Both the position numbers and the translations under genes were made by a program. A model generated the notes under the pieces. It was given only the letters and a program-made list of their open reading frames with translations, ran no database searches and was not told where the DNA came from. 32,907 bases of DNA from Macrostomum lignano (lineage: Eukaryota). Where the stretch lies: the NCBI GenBank assembly GCA_002269645.1, contig NIVC01004866.1, forward strand, positions 1 to 32,907, written 5' to 3'. Shown one piece after another: positions 10,136 to 20,050 of the stretch (its first letter is position 1; the number at the start of each line of letters is the position of its first letter).

Positions 10136-13100
10136 TCACTCAGCGCTCACACCGAGGTAGTCCGGAGGACGCCGCACCCTGGCCGCGGGTACCGCCGCTC
10201 GGCCTGGCTCGACTCCGGGGCGACCTCGTGGGTCACCGGCTGCTCGCGGAGCTGCTCCGCATCGGCCTGGGCTGCGAGCCGCCTGCGCAGCCGGTTCACG
10301 TGCACCCAGTGGACCGGCCGAATGCCGAAGGCGCGGCGGATGCGCACCGAGTGGCCGCGCTGCTCGAGCACCGTCCAGTCCGGCTCCCAGTACGGCGCCA
10401 GCTTCGATCGCCGCATCTCGATTCTGAGCAACACCTGGGTGCCTTGCGGAAACTGCGGCAGGTCCGACGCCTTCTTGTCGTGCGCCGCCTTCTGTTGCTG
10501 TCCGGCGGTCACCAGGTTTTCCTCAACGAACTCGTGGATGCGGGCCAACCGACGCTCCAGCAGCGCCGAGTAGGTGCCGATGTCATACTGCTGCTCGCTG
10601 GCCTGCACCTGCGGTGGAAGCTGCGGGTCGCGGCCGGTCATCACAGTCAGCGGCGTCACCTTGGTTGAGCTGTGGACCCTGGAGTTGTAGGACAGGACCA
10701 CCAGCGGCAGCTGCTCCTCCCAGCTGGACTCGGTCTCGGTGAACAGCCGCAGCAGTTGCAACAGCGACTTGTTGCCGCGCTCCACAAGGCCGTTTCCCTG
10801 CGGATGGTAGGGCGATGTGCGCGTCTTCCTGATGCCCAGCACTCGCAGCGTCTCCTGGGACAGCTCGCTCTCGAAGTTCGCGCCCTGATCCGAGTGGATG
10901 ACCGATGGGACTCCGAATAGCGAGAAAACCTTGACTGCAGCGTCCGCGATGGTCTTGGCAGTCTGGTCTGGCATCGGCATGGCGGTCAGGAACTTGGAGA
11001 ACTGGTCCTGCATCACCAGCAGGTATAGCTGTTGCCGCGGTCTGACAGCGGCACCTTCAGCACGTCGATGGCCACAGTCTGCCAGGGCTTGCCGATCGGC
11101 ATCTCTCCAAGTGGGGCCGCGGGGCGCTGCTGCGCCTTCTTTAGCTGGCAGGTCTGGCACTCCTGGCAGAAACTCACCACGTCGCTCTGCAGTCCCGGCC
11201 AGTACGCGGCCTGCTTCAGCGTATCGGCCATCTTCTCTGGCCCGAAGTGGCCGCCGATGCCTTCGTGGAAGTCGGTCAGGAACTGGCGCCGCAGCGACTC
11301 CGGAATCACAGGAACGTCTCTCGGTCCTGCGGCGTCGTTGAATGCCCGGCAGAGAAAGCCATCTTGGATCCTCAGCTTCCGCCAGATGCGGCTGAGGTGT
11401 CTCAGGCTGGTGTCCGACCATCTTGGTGGAGTCGTGCTGTCCTTCTCCAGCGCCGCGAGGACCAGCTTGAGCTTCGGATCGGCAAGTTGCGCCTGCCGCA
11501 TCTCCTGATTGGACACCTTCGGCTTTAGCTCCGTTGCCGACGCTCCGATCACCTCGCCGTGGCTTTCGTGCATCCTGGACAGGCCGTCCGCCTCCACGTT
11601 GTCGACGCCCTTGGTATACTTGATGGTGAAGGCGAACTCCTGCAGCAGCAACCGCCAGCGCCCAAGCCGGCCATGGCTGTCGACCCGCTGAGAATTCAGA
11701 AACGTGAGTGGGCAGTGGTCGGTGAAGACCGTGAAGTGCCGGCAAGCAGGTAGTGCCTGTAGGTCTTCAGGGCGTGCAGGATAGCCAGGCACTCCTTCTC
11801 GACAGTTGAGTAGCCCTTCTCCGGTGCCGTAAGCGCTCTGCTGCAGTACTCAATCACCTGGTCTCCTTGCTTGAGCACGATGCCGACTCCGGTGTTGCTG
11901 GCATCCGTGTAGAGCTGGAACTCCTTGGAGAAGTCCGGGTGGCCGATGATCGGCGGCTGCTGCAGGGCCTCCTTGAGACGTCGGAATGCCGTGCCGCACT
12001 CGCTGGTCCACTCGAACTTCTCTGTTTTGCTCGTCAGTCTGTGCAGCGGCCCGGCGATGTCGGAGAAGCTCGGCACGTACTTCCTGTACTGGTTGCAGAG
12101 GCCAGGAACTGCCGCACCTGCGTTGGCGAATGCGATATCGGCCACTCCTGGATAGCGCGCACCTTCTCAGGGCTCACGGTGGCACCCTTGGCCGAGAACA
12201 CGGTGCCGAGAAAAGTGACCTCCGGCAGGCCTAGCTGGCACTTGCGCCTCGGACGGTGAGCCCAGCGCCTCTGATCTTCTCGAAGACTTCTCGCAGGTGC
12301 CGGAGATGCTCAGCCTTCGATCTGGAGAAGCACAGCGTGTCGTCCATGTAGGTGAAGGTCTGCGCGGCGCCTTTGAACACGCGGTTCATTAGGATGGTGA
12401 ACGAGCTCGGGCCGCCGCAGACGCCCTGCGGCATCCGCTTGAACTGGTACAGCGGCTTTCCGGGCCCTGGGCTGAAGGCCGTCTTCTGCTTGTCTTCCGG
12501 CTTCATCGGAATTTGGAAGTAGCCGCCGTTCAGGTCGATCACCGAGAAAATCTCGTTGCCAGCCAACTTGTCCTTGACGAAGTCCATCTGCGGAATGCCC
12601 TGCGCTGACCGCACCGTCTTCTTGTTCAGCTCGCGGTAATCGATCGTCAACCGCAGGTCACCGTTATTCTTCCGCACGTACACTGGAGTCGCCACGTACG
12701 GGCTGTCCGACTCCTCGATGACGTCATTGTCCAGCAGCTCCTGAATCAGCTTCCTCACCTCGGGCTCCCAGTGCACCGGAGCTTCCTCGGCGGGATCCGC
12801 ACCGGAACATCGTCAGTCAGCGGGATGCTGTGCTCGTGTCGATCCGTCAGCCCTGGCCGCCTGGTGAAAATGTCGCTGAACTCGCGCACCAAAGCTCGGA
12901 TGTCCGGGTCCTCCGCGACTGGCAGGTCGATCTTGGTGAAATCCGGCACCAGCTTCTCTTCAATGTCCTCGAGCTGACTGTCAGCATCGAGGTGACTCAT
13001 GCCGTTGATCACACAAGAGTCCTTTGATGGGGTCTCTGCTGCACTGTCGCTGAAGTCCAGGCACATGTTGCAGGCCTTGATGAAGTCCAGCCCGATGATG

Positions 13101-13480
13101 ACGGCAGCAACCAGACCTTCAGACACGTAAAACGGGTGCCGCCGCTCGATGCCGCCGAGCGACACTGCCAGGCTGGCCACCTGCCGCACCGGCACCGCTT
13201 GCTGGTTGACTGCCCGCAGCTCCAGGTGCACGCTCTCCAGCTGAGCTGGCCGCATGCTCTGCAGAACCCGCTTGTCCACGATTGACACCTGGCTGCCTGA
13301 GTCGATAATCGCCGTGACGTCCACGCCTCCGATCCTGCACTGCAGCTTGGATGTCGCCGAGTTCGGCCTGATGACGACAGCTGCTGCGCTGCTGCTGGCT
13401 GCACCGCTCCCCTCTGCGCCCAGGAACAACCCACTCACGCTGGGGCCCGCGCTCAGAACTGGCCAGGGGTGCGGGCTCTG
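10136..13480 (-). CDS. pol: Pol polyprotein (aspartic protease, RT, RNase H, integrase), broken by several 1-2 bp indels in this assembly
   Basis: Motifs IIDSGSQVS (PR), YMDD (RT), YTDAS (RH), HEGIGGHFG...CQECQTC (IN zinc finger) and SDQG...NGLVER (IN core). The stop at 10136 is inferred from the frame preserved in the duplicate. The 5' boundary is approximate. Confidence 0.88.
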
Positions 13481-14243
13481 CCCCGGCCTGTGCCGTATCC
13501 CGGCGGATGATTGCAGTTCCTGGCGATGTGGCCGCGGCGGTGGCAGTTCCAGCAGGTCACCTCGCGCTGTCTCCTCGCACTGCGAATCGCGCAGGAGTCC
13601 GAAACCTTTGAGCCCAGCTTTGCCGCCAGGTCTTGGACCGTCGCCTGCAGCGAGCTGACCGCAGCCCTCAGTTCTGCCGTCTCCGCGCTGCCTGCAGCTC
13701 CGGCTGCCGCTGCAAGAGGCTGCTTGAATCCGTCCGTGGTGGCAGAAGGCAGCTCCAGTAGCAGTTGTGCCCGTGCGAGAGCGTCACTCACGGTCTTGGC
13801 TGACGCGTCCGCTCTGATCTGCTTGCTGATGTCCACCGGCAGTCCGCGATGAACTGGTGAGTCAGCATGGTGGCCGTTGCGCCTGCCTCGCTGATGCCAG
13901 CGTCCTTTAGCAGCTGCTTCAGGTGATAGAGAAAGAGCCGAGGAGATTCGCCCGGCAGCAGCTTCCGGCTCTCGAATGCATCCAGCGCTGAGAATTGCTG
14001 GCTGTCCGGGTGAAATGCCTGGCTCAGAGCTTTGGTCACTTTGCTGTAGTCGCTCTTGCTATTCTCGTCGAGCTCAAGAAAAACAGCCAGAGCCTCACCA
14101 TCCAAAAACGTTGGCAGGTGCAAATGCTTGTCATTTACCCACTTGTTGGCTGCCGCGCACAGCTCAAACCGCTGGAGCCACTCCTTAAAGTTGCCTGAGC
14201 TGAACGCCCTAGGAATCGCACGGTGACTGCCACCATCTGCCAT
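13453..14243 (-). CDS. gag: Gag with CCHC zinc knuckle (one frameshift near 13845)
   Basis: The ATG at 14243 gives MADGGSHRAIPRAF...WLQRFELCAAANKW, and the C-terminal piece has CWNCHRRGHIARNC. Adding one G restores QFIAGLPVDISKQIR. Confidence 0.85.
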
Positions 14244-14249
14244 AGTACA

Positions 14250-14260
14250 CTCTGCTACCA
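14250..14260 (-). other. Primer binding site complementary to tRNA-iMet 3' end
   Basis: TGGTAGCAGAG lies 2 nt inside the 5' LTR boundary. The eukaryotic initiator tRNA-Met ends ...CTCTGCTACCA, an 11-nt match. Confidence 0.9.
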
Positions 14261-14262
14261 CT

Positions 14263-14462
14263 TGTAACACGCGGTATTTGGCAGCACCAAAAACGCGAAG
14301 GCCCCGTGAGGCAGTGATCGCTTTATTTACGCAAGTTGAAGTTAAGCCTGCGATGTACATAGAGAGCGAACGTACATTAAATCAATACGATGATTCAGCT
14401 AATTATTTGTCACGATTGCTAACAGTTCGGACTGCCTCTAAGGCAAGGAATAAAATATTACA
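14263..14462 (-). repeat. 5' LTR (200 bp)
   Basis: Direct repeat of 9792-9995, bounded by TG...CA and followed by the TSD CATA. Confidence 0.96.
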
Positions 14463-15196
14463 CATATAGCTAAGTACGTATAGCTACTAGTAGTAGCTAT
14501 AGCTCTTTATACAGTGTACATTCAAAAAGCAACTGACTTGAATAGAAATACTAGAGGCCCTTATAATTACAGTAAAACCCATGTATCTGGTGCGACAAAA
14601 ACAACAAAAGCAGAATATACAGCTTATAGCACGCTTTCAGCTGGGTCTTTTTGGAAAGCAGCACATTTACATGTACAGTACGATGCGTTTAGTAGTAGGC
14701 GTGCGACTGTAAGCCAGGTACGATCGCCTAGCCTACCGAAGGATCGAGGACCACGCCGCCCACAGAATTCCTTTCAACATCTCGACTGGACTGAAAGGTT
14801 CTGCTTCCTACATGAGAGAGTTCGTTCGCCTTTTCTGTATACCCTCACAAATACAATTACATGTACCATGCACACTACTGATTTTCCAACTGATTTAGCT
14901 TCCACCATTTTTTATTTACACATGATCCCATGTATGATCTGTTGATGACGATAAAATCCCTGACCTAAGCCGGGTTGCTTGGCAGTCGCATATCTGTCAC
15001 AATGAGTATTTCATGTTTGCCACGGAGACTGCAGAAGGTGCAGCACAAGTAGTGCATGTTTTCAAATATCGTGAGGATGGCGTGAGGCTAGGTTTACGTC
15101 ATTTGCATGCGGATCGTCATCGCGAGACGCAAGATAGATAATCGATCGTATAGGCTGTCGTGCACAACAATACACCTTTTTGCGTTCTATTTTGAT

Positions 15197-15470
15197 AAAT
15201 CTGCATTCAATTTCGGCAAACTGGCATCAGCTATATGGCCGCACATCCAAACTGCATTGGAATTCGACAAACCGAGAACCAATTTCGGCAAACTGCATCC
15301 AATTTCGGCAACTCGAGTTTCTATTTAGACAAACTGATATTCAACTTCGGCAAACTGCATTCAATTTCGGCAGACAGCGCCTCGTGACACAGACTGTCTA
15401 TGTAAATAGGTACGCATCTATACCCAAAACTGATTTTCAATTTCGGCAAACTGCACTCAATTTCGACAGC
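15197..15470. repeat. Degenerate 20-bp tandem/clustered repeat (AAACTGCATTCAATTTCGGC), about 10 copies
   Basis: AATTTCGGCA recurs at 15281 and 15301 (20-bp spacing), with further copies at 15201, 15341-15371 and 15428-15466. Confidence 0.75.
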
Positions 15471-15750
15471 GCTAATCTAAAAGGGAATAAAGAAAGAAAA
15501 GAGGACTTAGGACTTAGAGTCTGCACTGCATTTGGAGTACAGTTACGGTGTAATTGAATGCGGATCACTTGTGCACGAAGACTATGTGCATCCTGTGCAA
15601 TTGTTTCTGGCTATGCGCTTTGTTCCTTCGCGCGCCATGTTTGCTGATGAGTGCACAGGTTTTTGCGTGTTACAGCAGCTTACACCTATATGGAGCCGCG
15701 AAACCTGAACGATAACTCGTCATACCAGAAACCTAGTAAAATTTAGTATG

Positions 15751-15784
15751 CAGGGACTACTCAAACATGTTTGAGTAGTCCCTG
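15751..15784. mobile_element. 34-bp perfect palindrome, probably a minimal hAT-type TIR-only element
   Basis: CAGGGACTACTCAAACA|TGTTTGAGTAGTCCCTG, flanked by TTAGTATG and GTAGTATG (7/8 match, consistent with an 8-bp TSD). Confidence 0.6.
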
Positions 15785-15916
15785 GTAGTATGTTAGAAGG
15801 CTCAAAAGACGAAATCCTCTATCCTATGAACCACAAAAGTGCATATGCTAGTTTATATAAAGTTTTCTCAACTGACTCAATCTCACGATCTCAATAATTT
15901 TTTTACATTCTTTTAT

Positions 15917-17893
15917 GCCATAGTCCCGACGGCTTGGTCCGAAATCGGGCCATAGACAAATTAGACAAATTTTCTTAGTCTAACTTTCACACCCGTAGAC
16001 GTCGGGAGCTGTTAAAGTCAAATGCATTTCATAGAGTTCTAGCATAGAGTTTCCAAGATCCATTCAAACTAATCGTTTATCAACATACCATGGATTCTGG
16101 TGCGAGTTCGGATTCAGCTGATTCGTCTAGCTATTACTCAACTGCTGACGAGGCCGTTGATGAGTTTGAAGATGAGGTAGAGAACCCAGGAGTCGAACAC
16201 GTTGGTGAGTGGCAGTGGCACATGGTTCAAGCTGACACTGATAATCGACCATCAGCCTTGCCTTAATTCCTCGGTACCCCCGGTGCACGACCTGATTGGC
16301 ATTCTCCACATGCTGCGGATGGAAACGAAGAAGCTTTCCTGAAGCTATTTCTGACGGATCAACTGTTTGAAGATATTAGCTGATGGACCAACGCAAAAGC
16401 TTGGAAGATCTTTCAGGAGGCAAGACTCAGGATGCTGTACCGAAGCTGGTGTTAAACTGGCGTGATTGCACGATTAATGAAGCTCGAAAAGTTGGTGGGC
16501 ATTGTGCTGCTCATGGGAGTCGACAAGAAGCCAGAAATAGCCCAGCTACTGGTCAACCGACCTGGTCTTTCACTGCCCGTTTCTTTCCAAGCCTTTCTCT
16601 CTATCAAGAGACCGATTTAAGCAGCTCCTGTCGTGTCTCCGTTTCTACGACTGCTCCGAGGCTTTAGGTGCTGGTCCATTGGCAAAGATGAAGCCCTTTC
16701 TCGATCGTGTGAGGCACCTCTGCAGCAATAACTACATGCCACGACAGCGACTTTCAATTGATTAGACGCTGGTGCTTTACAAAGGGAGGGTTGATTTCAA
16801 GCAATATATCCCATCGAAGCGAAGCAAGTATGGCATAAAGCTTGCTGCCTCTGCGAGACTGAGAGTTCATATTTATGGAACTTCGTCATACACACGTCTC
16901 CTGAGGTTAATCAACAGTTTGGTGAAGGACTCGGATGTCAATGCTTGAGTATGAGCGAGAGAGTTGTGGCAGAGCTGTGCCGCGGTCTCCTCCATCTCGG
17001 ACATCATGTGTTCACTGATAGTTGGTTTACATCACGCCGGCTGGCCGATTGGTTGCTGCAACACGATACGCTGCTGCCGGACGGTGCGGAAGGATCGCGG
17101 CATTCCCGCTGATTTGCAGGCTGTCAACATCCACCCAACTTCATCTGCATTCGCACGTTCAGGTGACCTCTTAGCGTGTAAATTTGTCGACAGGAAGCAA
17201 AGCGGCACCAAGACTCTGTATTTGCTGGACACGGTGGGCAAGAAAGAATGCATTCAGGTTCAACGCAACCGTCGCGGTGGTGCAATCGAATTTTTGTTGG
17301 TGTTAATGTTCGTTATTTAACTGAATTGTTATGCGTTGCAATATTCGTTTATGATTTTTTTCGGCTCTATTGCAGTCTCGTGCAAGTGCATGCACAGTTT
17401 TGAGTCTCCTATTCAGGCACAATCCCTTTACTGGCCGTTCCCTTTCATCGTCTACCCACATGTACCTAACCACCTACTACCTACCTACCTACTCATTGTA
17501 CCATCCTGCTTACTCGTATCTGACACATGCTCCAGTGTTTGCATCTTTTCCTACTTGGAAATTGTCCCTTATAAGTCATGTAATTAGACTATTCCGGCTT
17601 CATTGGGAACAAGCTTACTTCCTACAAGCAATTTTTACAGTTTTGTTGAAAACTTCCTCAGTATAAACGAATTATTAAAACTACAGGTATGACATATCTA
17701 AGCTAAAAATTCTCATTTTTGCGTCATCTACTATTATTTGCAACATTCTTAGACACTGACCGAAATCGGGCCATTCCCGTCGGGAACGGGTGTGCTGAGA
17801 TGATGATTGATTTGCCATAGACTTTTACAAACGCACAGCCGTTCGCTTCGGTGCTGGTGGGATGACCCGAAATCGGGCCATCCGCCCGCATGG
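15917..17893 (+). mobile_element. Decayed piggyBac DNA transposon
   Basis: It contains a transposase remnant. The right end ...CCGCCCGCATGG is followed by TTAA (17894-17897), and the 15-mer CCGAAATCGGGCCAT occurs at 15939, 17760 and 17867. The left boundary is approximate because no TTAA was found there. Confidence 0.8.
16090..17290 (+). pseudogene. piggyBac transposase pseudogene
   Basis: Acidic N-terminus, then LKLFLTDQLFEDI, LVGIVLLMG..KKPEI, LSID*TLVLYKGRVDFKQYIPSKRSKYGIK (nonsense at 16763), GHHVFTDSWFTS and TVRKDRGIP. It has stops and frameshifts, and the third catalytic Asp region and C-terminal cysteine-rich domain were not seen. Confidence 0.9.
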
Positions 17894-18259
17894 TTAAATA
17901 ACTATACTAAACAAATTTGTTAAAAAAGTTAATCGACTGCGGCTTTTTGATTCATCTCTAATTTGAACAGTTTACAGTGTTGCTCGTTGCTAATCGCGAT
18001 TAAAAGTGAACGGTGAACATACTTTTCTGACAACAAGAATTTCTAATCACGAAAACGAAGAAAAAAGGAATATAATATGTATGGTTATTGTATTAATAAA
18101 TAGTTCGTAATAATTGGTAAGTTCGCAATTATTAGTAGTTATATCGCGACCAAAGTACGCCTGAGGCAATACTTAAGGGACAAAAAAGAACAAAGAAACT
18201 TCATGGACTAATATTTGCTTATCGTTAAATAGGCAAACAAGACTATTATAATAACAGCA

Positions 18260-19951
18260 TCATTCAACGTCAGATACACGTACTTCTTCAGGGAGCTGCT
18301 TTTCTGAGCCTTGAATATCTTTGCGTTGTCCTTGCGGATCACCCAACTGCTGAGCGCTCGATACTTTGGTCTTCTTCCTGCCAAAGGAGGCGATGTCGAA
18401 GATGAGCTCGAACAGCTCGCACAGGGTGAGCAGAGACATTCCCAGGTAGATGCCCATGATGCCGCCGACGTCCGAGATGAAGTTCTGCAAACCGTAGTCG
18501 ATCGAGAAGTTCATCCGATCGCACAGAACTCGATGCGGCTTGAAGTGCACTTTGAGCATGTTGCTGCGGATGTATGAGGACACGATCGACTCGTTTCCGT
18601 TCACGACGAGGTCGAGAGCCGGAACACTCAGATTCTTAGACTTGGCCCTCATCCAAACAGGTTCGATGGAGCTGCTGACGAACGGCATCATTGAGCTCTG
18701 AGTGGGCCAGTCGGAACTGGAGATGGTCGCGCTGTACTGCAGTGTGCTGCAAAGTCGCTTAGCTTTACATGCTTCTTTCGATATTCCGTCGAACTGAGTG
18801 GTGAGAGGTTCCAGAGATGGGTCGCTAAAAAATACCAAGAAGTTTGGATCACCTGTAAGGTTAAGTGCGAACTTCTTTCCACGCAGAGGCCACGGAAGAG
18901 GACCGGCATCGCTTGACAGATTGACGAGCTGCTGCATCTGTCGGTGGAACTCGTAGTAGAAGCAGTACGAGTAGCTGTACGAGTGCTTGTATGGAGTCTC
19001 GTCGTACGGGTTCACGAACTGAACGTCCGGCGGGTCGCTCAGACAGTCGAACTGACCAGCCTTGTACACCTGCTGCGTCATGTCGATCTCGACGGTGTGG
19101 GACTTTCCGGGTCCAAGCGAGAACGAGCTCACGAAATCGGACGGATACTCACCTGGAGGCGTGAGGAACACTTTCACACCTGCTTGTCTGTCGGGTCCGT
19201 TGTAGTCGGCGACATCGAGCGACCAGTCGGACACAGGAATGAGAGTTCGTCCTGCGTACACCATCTTGCGGATCGAGTGTCCGCTCGATGCGAGTCCTTG
19301 GAACGCCGAGTCCGTAACCAGGGTGACCACAATGCCGGATGATGAGCCGGTCTGTTCAATCTGTTGTTGCCACGTGCTGTTCAGAGTCCACTTGAGACAG
19401 CGCAAGTACATCGGATGGTAGAAGGTCTGCGCTTCGATGGGCGCATACTGGGCCATTCCAAATAGCTTAAACTTGAAGTCACTCGTGATGATGCTCTGTT
19501 CGTTTCGGTGAGCCAGAGCATCAATCAACAGCTGATATGATATTGACTGAGGATAAGCACGGGATAGCCTCATTTCTTGGGGTGTAGTTTCTGTTAATCC
19601 GTTTATTTGCAATCCCCGCCGTAGGACGGTTTGAGAGCTATTGAGCTGATCGTTGATTGCAGCAGCCGATGCCTCATCAATAGTAGCAGAGTAGCTGCCA
19701 GAGATCGGGTTCTCGAAACAGGCGTACACATCCGGGAACTGGAAGTTGAGACTGTTTCCATCAAGCGAGCTGGTGACCTGCCGAGACTGCAGCTTGACAA
19801 CGAATTGGTAGAATCCGTAAAAGAAGAGTCCCGACATCAGCAGCATCAGGATGAGCCAGAAAGCTCGCACAACCAACGGTTTGCTGCTCACTACTCTGGG
19901 CAGTCCGTGCGCTGAGGTGGAAGACATGGCTTCCTTGATCGGCTGCAGCAT
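18260..19951 (-). CDS. DEG/ENaC (amiloride-sensitive sodium channel family) subunit, paralog A, 563 aa, single-exon CDS
   Basis: N-terminal TSAHG motif, TM1 (AFWLILML...), FPDVYAC, AGVKVFL/SLGPGKSHTV palm motifs, and TM2 ISDVGGIMGIYLGMSLLTLCE with the GxS filter. Confidence 0.93.
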   Translation of the reverse strand: MLQPIKEAMSSTSAHGLPRVVSSKPLVVRAFWLILMLLMSGLFFYGFYQFVVKLQSRQVTSSLDGNSLNFQFPDVYACFENPISGSYSATIDEASAAAINDQLNSSQTVLRRGLQINGLTETTPQEMRLSRAYPQSISYQLLIDALAHRNEQSIITSDFKFKLFGMAQYAPIEAQTFYHPMYLRCLKWTLNSTWQQQIEQTGSSSGIVVTLVTDSAFQGLASSGHSIRKMVYAGRTLIPVSDWSLDVADYNGPDRQAGVKVFLTPPGEYPSDFVSSFSLGPGKSHTVEIDMTQQVYKAGQFDCLSDPPDVQFVNPYDETPYKHSYSYSYCFYYEFHRQMQQLVNLSSDAGPLPWPLRGKKFALNLTGDPNFLVFFSDPSLEPLTTQFDGISKEACKAKRLCSTLQYSATISSSDWPTQSSMMPFVSSSIEPVWMRAKSKNLSVPALDLVVNGNESIVSSYIRSNMLKVHFKPHRVLCDRMNFSIDYGLQNFISDVGGIMGIYLGMSLLTLCELFELIFDIASFGRKKTKVSSAQQLGDPQGQRKDIQGSEKQLPEEVRVSDVE

Positions 19952-20042
19952 AAATGTTTCTGGTTGCAGTTTCTGGGTTCCAGATTTAGTCTCGCATTTA
20001 CTGCTCGTAGAGAAGTTTTAGGTCGACAAACTTATCAGCATG

Positions 20043-20050
20043 TATTTATA
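20043..20050 (-). promoter_or_regulatory. Candidate TATA box of paralog A
   Basis: TATAAATA on the minus strand 92 bp upstream of the ATG, in the same 10-mer (TATAAATACA) as the 29687-29696 promoter. Confidence 0.4.

Larger units (their letters stand above)
9792..14462 (-). mobile_element. Full-length Ty3/gypsy LTR retrotransposon (4671 bp)
   Basis: Two TG...CA LTRs and a 4-bp TSD CATA (9788-9791 and 14463-14466). PBS and PPT are present, and the domain order is gag(CCHC)-PR-RT-RH-IN. Confidence 0.97.

Noticed and set aside
753-13852. Numerous plus-strand and alternative-frame ORFs over the gypsy copies (e.g. 753-1292, 1296-1964, 10126-10668, 13254-13658)
   Set aside because: They are shadow ORFs of GC-rich pol/gag coding sequence with no recognisable domains. 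No env-like ORF exists between pol and the PPT.
14479-14501. 10-bp-arm hairpin TATAGCTACT-AGT-AGTAGCTATA beside the 5' LTR
   Set aside because: It is low-complexity TAG/CTA sequence outside the TSD, with no supporting feature.
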